This document shows, piece after piece, positions 52,104 through 64,000 of a stretch of 64,000 nucleotides of DNA. The stretch is from Eledone cirrhosa (Eukaryota), in contig OZ024748.1 of the NCBI GenBank assembly GCA_964016885.1, forward strand, positions 53,382,001 to 53,446,000, given 5' to 3'. The notes below the pieces were generated by a model. It worked only from the letters and a program-made list of their open reading frames with translations. It made no database searches and was not told the origin of the DNA. A program made the position numbers and the translations under genes. Numbering within the stretch: position 1 is the first letter of the stretch; the number at the start of each line of letters is the position of its first letter.

Positions 52104-53037
52104 CCTTGCTCTCTCATTCTTGCTTCTGACAGAGATCAAGTACAAGAGAAATTGAAATTTGTTGACCCAGAAATTTCAGAACCTAATCTTTATTTCTTAT
52201 AATTTCCAGCATCAGAACAAGCCACCACAAGCCACCAACCCACAAACCAATCAGCCGACCACCACTACCACTACCAACCCCACCCATTTACTATCACCCC
52301 AACCCATTCTTCACAACCAAAATTTAACCATTACCAACTTTACAAGTTTCTCTAGCTTATGATCTTTGTTAGTACTTTGATGAGAAGAATACCAACTTGT
52401 CACGCAGCTAGCAAGGTCGTTGATTATTTATCTCTCGTTCAATAAAACTTAATCCTAATCGAGGATTAACATGGCAGGATCCACAACCCATTCTTATAAG
52501 AGATCAATATAATCATTCAAATTATATTGCTATTCTAATCGAGTTCTTCATTTATGCGATATTTATATCTATAGATTTATGATATTGGATAATGGTTTGA
52601 TGGTAGAAAGCATTGGTTTAACCTGTTTGTTCTGTGACCCATATGATCTGTGATCTATGATCTAGCAGAAAGTAGAAACATCCAGTTCAGGAATTTTCTT
52701 GAAAGATTTCAAAGAATTCCTATCATTAAATCCTCTAATAACCAAATGTTAATAAGGAGCAGAACAATTTGGATATTCTAAGAAAGTCTCTAAATTTTAG
52801 GTTTGGTCAAATATCTGTTAGCTGGGTCTGATTGAAGGCCTGTCAAGGGTGCCAGTGTTATACAGGACAATGTTTCCAACTCTTTTGTCAAAGTTTGGAA
52901 AACCATTTTGTTTTTGCAGTATAGGACCAGGCCATGTTCCCTCTAAGAGGCATGGCTGCATGGCTGTGCAGTAGCAATATTTGTGCTATGCATGTTAAAA
53001 TGTTTTCACTTAGTAGCTTTGTAATGATGTCAGTCAA

Positions 53038-53282
53038 ACTGTTGGTGTCACAGACATTAAAATGGTGTCAACTGTACTGTTGGTGTCACTCTGCTGATTC
53101 CACAGACGTTAAAATGGTGTCAACTGTACTGTTGGTGTCACAGACATTAACATGGTGTAAACTGTACTGTTGGTGTCACTCTGTTGGTGTCACAGACATT
53201 AAAATGGTGTCAGACACTCCATTGGTGCCATACACATTAAAATGGTGTCAGATACTCCATTGGTGCCACATACATTCAAATG
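53038..53282. repeat. Short tandem repeat of TGTTGGTGTCACAGACATTAAAATGGTGTCA-type units, possibly inside a decayed hAT MITE starting near 52931
   Basis: The unit recurs about six times. Confidence 0.8.
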
Positions 53283-53843
53283 TTGCCTGCGCACTAGATA
53301 TGAATTTATGATGCACCTCTTCTCCTGCAAATGTTTGTCAGTGATATAGGTTGTATCTTGAGGAGTGACTGTATATTACTTTATATAATGATGGGAGTGT
53401 ATATAAATGTATATACAATATGTTTATGTATAATATACATACAAGAGTTTTGCTATGAATATTTTAAGCTATAAAGTGGTTGAAAGGGTATCCAGCTGTA
53501 GAACGCCTGCCAAAATAAAGGGTTGGGAGGACATATCAGTTGTGTCAAAGACATGACAGCCTCTCCTGTGCACTCAATAGAATATAAGATTGTGGGCAAG
53601 TGATATGCAAGACACCCCAGCCTGTCTGGGAGGTCCGGGAGTTCAGTAGTTCCACTTTAGTACTGACTTCGTCTATGTAGACCTGTTCAATCCTTGCTAT
53701 GAGGGAAAGTGAATGTTAAATGATGATGATGACAAACACATATGTGTATATGTGGGAGTAAAAAGTAAACAGAAATAACAAACCAAGAGACACAGTACAG
53801 TGAAGAAATATATTAGTTTAACGCTTTAAATAATAAGAAATGA

Positions 53844-54051
53844 GCCCTAACGTTTTGGACACAAATAAACGATGAAATAAAAAGATAAAAAATACGTATG
53901 TATCTCATCCCACGGGGTGTCCAAAATCACCCTCCTCACCAAGCAAGGTTGGTGGGTGAGGAGGGTGATTTTGGACACCCTGTGGGATGAGATACATACG
54001 TACTTTTTATCTTTTTATTTCATCGTTCATTTGTGTCCAAAACGTTAGGGC
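53844..54051. repeat. Near-perfect about 97-bp-arm inverted repeat, probable Penelope-like terminus
   Basis: GCCCTAACGTTTTGGACAC...CACCCTCCTCACC / GGTGAGGAGGGTG...GTGTCCAAAACGTTAGGGC with a loop of about 14 nt. Confidence 0.92.
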
Positions 54052-54718
54052 AAGCTTGGTGGGGTTGTCAGTTTAGTCGTCGATGACATTAAGACCATGC
54101 ACATTAAGACATCTCTCTAGGAGAAGGTCATTCTGATATAAAACCTGCGACTTCATTTACATCCAATGATGTAGACCAGTTCAACTTTTGGGGTAAATGC
54201 ATTCGATGTTCAGAGAGTAGGTTTGGCCTCGTGAAAAGCCTTTCCAAACTTAAAAGAGCTTCAAGCACAGGCATCGCTTGGTATGTGACGTTTTTGCGAT
54301 GTATGGTATTGCTGGCCATAGGCAAGTCCCTAGCAGAACTAAAACGTCATGTCCGTGATAGCCATGCTTAAGTATCAAATGATGGCATTACTTGAAATTG
54401 AGTATTCATGTCTGTATATATGTACGTATGTACATGCGTGCATATGTATGTAAGTATATATATTATATATGTATCTATATATGTATGGGTGTATATATAT
54501 ATATAAATGTATGCATGTATATATGTTATGTATAACTATTTGCATTTGTTAATGTATAAGCCACTAATACATATCAATGTGTTGTGAATGTGTGTATATG
54601 TAGGTGTGTGTATATATATTATATATATGTGTATTTATATATATGGCAGGAGAGAGGGAGACAGTGATAGATATATACATATATACACACACATATACAC
54701 ATATATATATATATATAA

Positions 54719-54806
<88 letters not shown>

Positions 54807-54808
54807 AG

Positions 54809-54842
<34 letters not shown>

Positions 54843-54847
54843 AGTAT

Positions 54848-54895
<48 letters not shown>

Positions 54896-55364
54896 CAGTA
54901 TGTGTTTATGTACATGTATGTGAAATGCATGTTTTTTATGTATGTGTATGTGCGTGTGCATGTGTGGTCTCTTTGTGTTGAGAATCCCTGTTTTGTGCCC
55001 TCATCTTGTAAGAAGAGGTTTGGTAGAGAGAGGAAAAGGGAGGGGATAAAATCCCTTGAAATTTCGTATCCTCCCCACCCCCCACCCCACACACACACCA
55101 CATAAACAGTAATTCAAACCCCCATAATACGCCTTCCCACCTTTACCATGAAACATTTCAATTCAAGCAGAAAAGGTAGGAGCTAAAGACAAAAATAAAT
55201 ATATATATATGTGTGTGTGTGCGTGTCGTATAAATATATATGTGAACGTGTGTGTGTATATGTCTATGTTTGTGTTGGTGTTTATATATATATATATATA
55301 TATATAAATATATATATGTGTGTATATATATATATGTATATACATATATATATATATATTTACA

Positions 55365-55407
<43 letters not shown>

Positions 55408-55884
55408 ACATGTGCATGTCTCTGAGTGTATACATACATGCATACATACATTTGTATGTACATGAATACATTCATACATACCTACATATGTATGTACATA
55501 TACATATATATATTTATACATACATAGTATATATATATATGTGTGTGCGTTGAAAAAGTATCTGATTTATTTTTCCTTATGGAAAGTAATGACATTAGGG
55601 ATACCAAAATTTGTAAAATAGAGCTTGCTGGATGTGTCAGTCAATGTCAGGCTGCTTTTGTAAGTGGTGCTGTACTATTTTCATTTCAATAATGCCATCA
55701 AAGATTCTGAGTTCCAGAATACCATGATAATTATACAGAGGAAACATGAATGCATTGCTGTAACCCAGAAACACAAGGTCAGTCATAACAGTTGAAGCCT
55801 TCAACATCACCTTCAGACGCATGTCAGTTAAGGAGTAACATTGAGGTGATGCTGACAGTCTTATTTGATTACTGAGACACTGTC

Positions 55885-56228
55885 TATAAGGCTTGGCTGA
55901 AAAGTGTATAGGCTGACAAATATACTCTCCTGGAATGACCAAAAGAGGTTTATTTTTCAACATAGTCCCTGGAAAGGAACAATGCAGTTATTAATAAGAA
56001 AAGTTGAAATTAATGCATGCAAGATTTCACAGCACTAGCATCACTCCTTCATTGGCTGACCAAGATTCTCTCATGGAATGACCAAATGAGGTTTATTTTT
56101 CAACATAGTCCCTGGAAAGAACCAATGCAGTTATTAATAAGAAAAGTTGAAATTAATGCATGCAAGATTTCACAGTTTTAGCATCACTCCTTTCTAGTCA
56201 ACGTATGGAATTTTCATTGACTCTTGTA
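55885..56228. mobile_element. Tc1/mariner-type MITE with an internal tandem duplication of about 140 bp
   Basis: TA-flanked degenerate TIRs; GGAATGACCAAA.GAGGTTTATTTTTCAACATAGTCCCTGGAAAG occurs twice; related to 31428-31582. Confidence 0.72.
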
Positions 56229-56367
56229 TCAGAAATACTGGACAATTATGAAAGGAGTACTATCAGGATGACCACTGTTATCTTCGTGATGCAGTTTGGT
56301 GCAAGAGACAGTATCTAAGGACCTCACAAAAGTGGGACCATTTAACTCTTTTACCAGGTTCCCTATA

Positions 56368-56680
56368 GGTGGCGAATTGGCAGAGTTATTAGAACATTGG
56401 ATAGAATGCTTTGTGATATTCGTTCCAGCTCTCTGCTCTCTGAGTTTAAATAATGCCGAGGTCAACTTGGACTTTCATCCTTTCAAGGTCGATAAACAAA
56501 GTACTAGTTTAATACTGAGGTTGATTCTTCCTCTCTCTGGAAGAAATCTGCTGTATTCAGGCCTAGAAAGGGAGGCAGCTCTGCCAGGCATAAAATGCGC
56601 AATAAACACCACATATCAATATGGCATCCCTACAACTCTAACAAGAGTTATGGGACCATATATACATACCAGATTCCCTA
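56368..56680 (+). mobile_element. SINE family B2
   Basis: Matches 26565-26900 in reverse. Confidence 0.8.
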
Positions 56681-57892
56681 TACTCCAGATATAGCTCTAC
56701 CTGATTTCAAATTGTTAAAAAAAAAAAATTTAAATAAAGATGCCACTAAAATGCTTCTACTTTTTAAAGAACTGAGAGGACATCATATAGAATGCAACAG
56801 CGGAACGAGGAACCATTCTGGAAGAAGCCTTCCAGACTTGTTAAGCTAGATTAAGTGAGAATGGGGACACAAGGGGTATTAGCAATTGAGCCCCACCAAG
56901 TACTTAATTTATTCTTCCCAGCCTAAGGTCTAAGGTTGGATACTTTTTTGACAGACCTTACACATATGCACTCCTCTAAATGTACATGTGTGTGTGTGTA
57001 TTATATATATGTATGTATATATATATATATATATATATTTATGTATATATATATATATATATTTATGTATATATATATATATATATATTTATGTATATAT
57101 ATGTATATATATATGTATGTATATATATATATATATATGTATATACATACATGCTTCCACAGATGCATACATACAAATGTACATATATAAATACTCACAT
57201 ACCTATGTACATACATATATAGATGCACACATACATACATACATATATACAAACATACATATGTACATACATAGACATAGAATAAGGGTCTGATCTATAT
57301 AGCTGACCTTCTTTAAGTTAGGGAGCTGTTTATTCTAAGTGTTAATGGGCCAACAAACCCCAACAGCACCTCCCGGGATCTACTTCCATTCCTGTTATAC
57401 TGTTTACTTAGTAACTTCAACCACTGACTTCTCCCCCCCCCCCCCCTCTCTCTCCCCCCCTCTATCTCCCTCCCTCCACCTCTCCCCTCCCTCTCCACCT
57501 CTCCACATCTCTCCACCTCTCTCACCCTTCTCTCCCCTCAAGCCCCCCTCCCATACCCCTCTCTTTTCTCCCCCCTCTCCCACCTCTCTCTCCCGTTCTC
57601 CCCCCTCTCTCTCTCCTCTCTTCCTCTACCCCCCTCCCGCTATCAATCATGGGTGGAGTTGGTATGGTGTGTCCCCTGCTCTTTTCTTTGCCATACCCTC
57701 CTCACCTTTTCCTCTATTTCTTGGTTCCCCCCCCCACCCCACCCCTGTCAATCCTTGCTTTCCTCTTTATCTCCATCTCTTTCTCCTTGACACACACATT
57801 TACATACACTTACACACACACTCACACGTAAGTATATATATATATATATATACATACATTTACACACATATGCATGTATATATGTATGTTTG

Positions 57893-57934
<42 letters not shown>

Positions 57935-58299
57935 TATATATATATACAAACATAGACATATGAACACATACACAGGAGTAAACCTTTAACACCAGTGAAG
58001 CTGTGATACTTAATCCACCATGCCATTACATTTTCATCCATCTTGTATGTTTTATGTAGAAATTAACCTATGTCTGACTATGTGTGTGTGTGTGTACAAG
58101 TATTTGTGAGAGAGAGAGCGTATGTGAATGATAACAAATATATAGTTATAAGACACAAACCTAATCTTCTTTATCTAATGAATCTCATCTGTCCAGTTTA
58201 CCATCTTTATTCTATGGGTCCCCCCTAAAATACTCACCTCTTTCACTTGTTTGTTAGCCACAAAGACCTCCATATATTAGTTACAAATATTTCCAGATC

Positions 58300-59512
58300 T
58301 TAAAAACAAAGACTTCCAGACATCATCAACATATCCTTCCAGATGCCACTCATAAAATCTTCTAGACATTAGCACCAAAAGCTTTCCAACATTAGCAACA
58401 CAAACTTTAAGACATTGGCAATAAAGAATTTCAGACTTTCGTTATAAATATTTTCAGATGCAGTAATAAAGTCTTCTAGACATTTGTAACAAAGATTTCA
58501 GATGTCAATCCCAAAGACCTCTTGACATTTGTAACAAAGATTTCAGATGTCAATCCCAAAGACCTCTTGACATTTATAACAAAGATTTCATATGTCAATC
58601 CCAAAGACTTCTAGTAAGAAAGATTTCAGATGTCAATCCCAAAGACTTCTTGACATTTGTAACAAAGACTTCTAGACATTTGTAACAAAGATTTCAGATG
58701 TCAATCCCAAAGACTTCTTGACATTTTTAACAAAGACTTCTAGACATTTGTAACAAAGATTTCAGATGTCAATCCCAAAGACTTCTAGACATTTGTAACA
58801 AAGATTTCAGATGTCAATCCCAAAGACTTCTAGACATTTGTAACAAAGATTTCAGATGTCAATCTCAAAGACTTCTAGACATTTGTAACAAAGATTTCCA
58901 GATGTTATTCCCAAAGACTTCTAGATGTTAACAAAGACTAACTACAAAGACTTCCAGATGTCAATCCCAAAGACTTCTAGACATTTGTAACAAAGATTTC
59001 CAGATGTTATTCCCAAAGACTTCTAGGTGTTAACAAAGACATTAACTACAAAGACTTCCAGATGTCAATCCTAAAGACTTCTAGACATTTGTAACAAAGA
59101 TTTCCAGATGTTATTCCCAAAGACTTCTAGGTGTTAACAAAGACATTAACTACAAAGACTTCCAGATGTCAATCCTAAAGACTTCTAGACATTTGTAACA
59201 AAGATTTCCAGATGTTATTCCCAAAGACTTCTAGGTGTTAACAAAGACATTAACTACAAAGACTTCCAGATGTCAATCCCAAAGACTTCTAGACATTTGT
59301 AACAAAGATTTCCAGATGTTATTCCCAAAGACTTGTAGATGTTAACAAAGACATTAACTACAAAAACTTCCAGATGTCAATCCTAAAGACCTGTAGACGT
59401 TAACGACAAAGATTTCCAAATGGTGACCACCAAGACTTCCAGATGTCAATCCTAAACGTTTCTGGAAGTTACAACAGAGATTGCCAGATGTTAACCACAA
59501 AGACTTCCAGAT
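58300..59512. repeat. Hierarchical minisatellite: about 22-bp monomers, 45-bp dimers, 104-bp higher-order unit
   Basis: GACATTTGTAACAAAGATTTCAGATGTCAATCCCAAAGACTTCTA has period 45 (58743, 58788); CTTCCAGATGTCAATC recurs about every 104 nt from 58951. Confidence 0.93.
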
Positions 59513-60204
59513 GCCATGATAAAAAGCACCCAGTCCACCCTCTTAGTACACACCATGAAGTGGCTGGCATTAGTAAGAATGCCAGGTGTAGACACCATGC
59601 CAGAATGGGATGTATGTGTGAGACAGGGTCATCTGACTAGTCTAGACTCAGAATGTGACAATTCCTCTAACCCACTGAAGCATCGAAAATATTCATAAAA
59701 TGATGATGATGATGATGGTTATGGTTCTGGTGGTGATAGTGGTGATGGTAGTGGTGATGGTGGTGGTGTGGATGATGATGATTGATGTGTGTGTAGCTGT
59801 GATAACTGATAGATGGTGGTTTGAGAAGAGGTCTATTGTTTGTTTGCTAAGAGGTTGTGGTATTTAGCTGTGTGGCATAGGAGGCAGTGTCTGGAGCAGA
59901 ACTGTTGTAATTTGGTGAGGTATATGCGTGTATAGGCGTATGTATGTGCAGGTGTTGGTTTGGATTGTTTAGGATATAAAGTGAATCAAACAGTGATGCT
60001 GCAGCTCCTCCTCCTTCTCCACCTCCTCCTCCTCCTCCTCCTCATCATCATCATCATCATCATCATCAAAATAAAAATGAAACTGTTACACATATATTGA
60101 GGAAAGTGGAACATTAAAAGAGTTCAGAAAGAATCAAGTAGTTCCAGGTGTATGTGTGCAGGCTATATAAACAACAACAACAACAACAATAACAATAATA
60201 ATAG

Positions 60205-60425
60205 TAATGGTTTCTTATATAGGCACAAGGCCAGCAATTTTGGGGGTGGGGAAAGTCGATTAAATCGACCCGAGTACATTACTGGTACTTTATTTTACCG
60301 ACCTTGTAAGGATGAAAGGTAAAGTTAACCTCGGCGAGATTTGAACTCAGATCATAAAGGGCCATAACTCTATGCTACAAAGAATGCTGTCTGACGCTCT
60401 ACCAATACTGCCAATCCACTGCCCT

Positions 60426-60461
<36 letters not shown>

Positions 60462-60585
60462 TCTACTTTTAGCACAAGGCCAGCAATTACTTCAATGCAT
60501 TACTGGTACTTTATTTTATCGACCCCTTAAGGATGAAAGGCAAAGTTAACCTCAGCGGGATTTGAACTCAGAATGTAAAGGACCA
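60205..60585 (-). mobile_element. Two SINE family B copies (second 5'-truncated)
   Basis: Family B blocks at 60205-60425 and 60460-60585, separated by (TAA)n. Confidence 0.88.
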
Positions 60586-60611
60586 TGATAATAATAATAA
60601 CAATAACAATA

Positions 60612-60875
60612 AAAACAATGGAGGTAAAAAGGATTTGGAACTGCCATAAAGTCAAAGTGGTCCCGATTGTCATAGGCGCACTAGGTACTATCTCAAAAAG
60701 TTTCCAGGGATGGTTAAAGAAAATTGGCCCCGCCCCACTTTTTGGAACGCTTCAAAAGGCATACTTGCTGGGAACAGCAAGAATCCTCCGATACGTCCTG
60801 AATATCTAAGGCTGCAGGTAGTGGCTTGATATTCATTTCAACAAACTTTCCACTTAACTAACATCAATGACTGAG

Positions 60876-60905
<30 letters not shown>
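60612..60905 (+). mobile_element. R4/Dong-type non-LTR retrotransposon 3' end inserted in (TAA)n
   Basis: EVKRIWN..KVKVVPIVIGALG...LQKAYLLGTARILRYVL* is the C-terminus of restriction-like-endonuclease R4/Dong ORFs; short UTR then (TAA)n, with TAA repeats also upstream. Confidence 0.85.
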
Positions 60906-60907
<2 letters not shown>

Positions 60908-61095
60908 TGTTTCTACTTTTGGCACAAGGCCAGCAGTTACTCAGTACATTACTGGTACTTTATTTTATCGACCCCATAAGGATGAAAGGCAAAGTGACCT
61001 CGGCGGGATTTGAACTCAGAATGGAAAGGGCCGTAATTCTATGCGTCAAAGCATGACATCCGACCCTCTACCGATACTGCCAATCCACCGCCCTT
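60906..61095 (-). mobile_element. SINE family B
   Basis: Full family B body. Confidence 0.9.
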
Positions 61096-61524
61096 AAAAT
61101 ATATAATGATGCACTGGTTGTCCTTGCAATTGCTTTAACAAGGCAAGGACTGGCAGGAAATTTAGAAACTATAAAAATAATTTCTGTGTGATTATTTCAG
61201 ATAAAATGAGACAGTGGAACTAATCTGAAGAGAAAGAGGACTAAATACTCTGGTTGGTTTTAGGATATAATATACACAGAATTACCATTTCTAGAAGGCC
61301 AAATTTAATTTTAGAAAATAACTTTGTAAAGAACATAGGGATTATTTCAATAAAACATTCATGTCAAGTATTTAGAGAAAGTGAGGAAGTACTGAAAGCT
61401 GGATTTGTGACATTTAAGATGAGGAGAGAGAGATAAAACATGATATGCTAGGTTATGCAGAGAAAGCAGGCATTAACAATAAGACTACTGGAGTAAGAAC
61501 AACAATGATGATGATGATAATAAT

Positions 61525-62140
61525 AATTATTTCTACTTTTGGTACAAGGCCAGCAATTATTCCAGTACATTACTGGTACTTTATTTTATCGACCCCGAAA
61601 GGATGAAAGGCAAAGTTAACCTCGGCGAGATTTGAACTCAGACTGTAAAGGGACGTAACTCTATACGTCAAAGCATGGCGTCCAGCCCTCTACCGATACT
61701 GCCAATTCACCGCTCTTTACAAAAGTAAAATAATTGTTTCTGCTTTTGGCACAAGGCCAGCAATTATCCCAGTGCATTACTGGTACTTTATTTTATCGAC
61801 CCCGTAAGGATGAAAGGCAAAGTTAACCTTGTCGGGGTTTGAACTCAGAATGGCAAGGGCCGTAACTCTATACGTCAAAGCATGGCGTTCGACCCTCTAC
61901 CAATACTGCCAATCCACCGTAAAATAATTGTTTCTACTTTAGGCACAAAGCCAGCAATTACCCAGTGCATTACTGGTACTTTTATTTTAATGATGATTTC
62001 TAAGATAGGGACAAGCCCACAACACTTTGTGGTAGAGTATTAACAAATCTATCAAGTCCAGAATATCAGGCAAGATTTTGAACCCAGAATGTAAACGTTT
62101 GTAACTAAATACTATCTTGTAGCTCTGTCTGATGCTCTAC
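61525..62140 (-). mobile_element. Head-to-tail SINE family B array (two full copies, one tail, one diverged copy)
   Basis: Units at about 61525-61712, 61730-61918, 61925-61990 and 61995-62140. Confidence 0.87.
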
Positions 62141-62319
62141 TGCTTCTCTAGCAAAGGAACAAGGTCTGCAGGACTTTACAGAATATATGATTAAGAAGTT
62201 GACATAGTTTATCTGCCCCTTCATCTTCTCCCCCCTCTCCACTCCACGACCACCATTATAGACACCAGATGGAAATGACTATAAGAATCCCAGACTTTCC
62301 TCCTCCTCTTCCTCTTCAT

Positions 62320-62329
62320 GATCATCACG

Positions 62330-62375
<46 letters not shown>

Positions 62376-62703
62376 ACAACATTATCACCATCATAATCAT
62401 TGCAATTATAACCATTGTCGTTTATTTTTTTACCTTCTCCTCCTTCACTTCCTCCTCCTCCTCCTCACCATCATCATCATCACCATCATCACCATCATCA
62501 CCATCATCATCATCCTCATCATCACCATCATTATCACCATCATCACCATCATCACCATCATCATCATCACCATCATCATCACCATCATCATCATCATCAT
62601 CCTCACCATCACCATCATCCTCACCATCATCACCATCATCACCATCATCATCATCACCATCATCATCATCCTCATCATCACCATCACCACCATCATCATC
62701 ACC

Positions 62704-62735
<32 letters not shown>

Positions 62736-63975
62736 CATCCTCATCATCACCATCATCACCATCATCATCATCACCACACCATCACCATCATCACCATCAT
62801 CATCACCATCATCACCATCACCATCATCATCATCATCATTCTCCTCCCTCTCATCAATGAAGTTGTTCTTATGATGGTTATAACAAGGAAAAGGAGAGAG
62901 AAGTAAGGCAGAGATGATGCTGTCTGCAATGATGGTGATGGTGATGGTGATGATGGTGATGAGGATGGTGATGGTGATGGTGATGATGGTGATGAGGATG
63001 GTGATGATTGTGATGATGATGATGGTGATGGCAATGATAGTTGAGATGATGATGATTATGGTAATCCTGATCATGAGCATGATGATAACAATGATGATGA
63101 TGATGATGATGATGATGATCATCATCATCATCATCATCATCATCATCGTCGTCGTCGTCGTCGTCGTCGTCATGAAGACAATCATGATGATAATGATCAT
63201 CATGATGATGATGGTGATAATGATGATAATGATGGCAATGATGATGATGGTGATAGTGGTGATGGTGATAGTGATGATGGTGATGATGATGATGGTGATA
63301 GTGATGATGGTTATGGTTATGATGGCGATGATGATGAGAATGGTGATGATGGCAATGATTTTGATGATGGTGTTGATGATGATGGTGATGGTGAGAATGG
63401 TAATATGGGGATGGGGGAAAATGGTGATGGTCATTATCATGTGGATGATCATGATGATGACGATGAAAATGGTGAGGATGACGATGATGATGGCAATGAT
63501 AGTGATGACAATGATGGTGATGGTGGTGATAATCATCATCATCAACATCACCATCATCACCATCATCATCACTGTCATCATTACCATCATCAACATCACC
63601 ATCACCATCACTATCATCATCACCATCATCATCATCATCATCATCACCATCACCATCATCATCATCACCATCATCATCACGATCATCATCGTCATCATCA
63701 TCATCATCATCATCACCATCACCATCACTATCATCACCATCACCATAATCATCACCATCACCATCACCATCACCATTATCATCACTATCATCATCATCAC
63801 CATCACCATCATCATCATCACCATCACCATCATCATCATCATCACCATCACCATCATCATCATCACCATAATCATCACCATCACCATCACCATCATCACC
63901 ATCATCACCATCATCATCATCATCATCACCATAAACATCACCATCACCATCACCATCATCATCACTATCATCACT
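62320..63975. repeat. Alternating (CAT)n and (GAT)n arrays
   Basis: Orientation flips near 62910, 63120, 63180 and 63530. Confidence 0.96.
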
Positions 63976-64000
63976 AGCGTATTCAATAAATAAACAGAGT

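Noticed and set aside
62445-63993. 513-aa Met/Val/Ile and poly-His ORFs
   Set aside because: Translations of CAT/GAT microsatellites.

Overview
AT-rich, repeat-saturated eukaryotic (metazoan) DNA. The extreme microsatellite density and the SINE/LINE make-up are most consistent with a coleoid cephalopod such as Octopus, but this is inference, not a database match. No long host coding exon is present, and nearly all long ORFs in the track are translations of microsatellites or of SINE antisense strands. Supported content: (i) two tRNA-derived SINE families with many copies each; (ii) fragments of CR1/L2-, RTE- and R4/Dong-type LINEs; (iii) Penelope-like element remnants, including a GIY-YIG endonuclease fragment, with minimal type I hammerhead ribozymes (clearest at 11922-11991 and its inverted copy at 11032-11101, and at 49918-49960); (iv) hAT-, piggyBac- and Tc1/mariner-type MITEs; (v) several minisatellites that grew out of transposon segments. 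The best non-repeat signal is a plus-strand pre-miRNA hairpin at about 47884-47967 whose 3p arm begins UUUGUUCGUU (miR-375 family) but has a divergent 3' half; it sits in a small unique island between complementary (CAC)n and (GTG)n arrays. A second candidate hairpin (4457-4529) and a speculative, phase-compatible chain of small minus-strand exons (42.5, 30.4, 14.5 and 4.5 kb) are reported as hypotheses.
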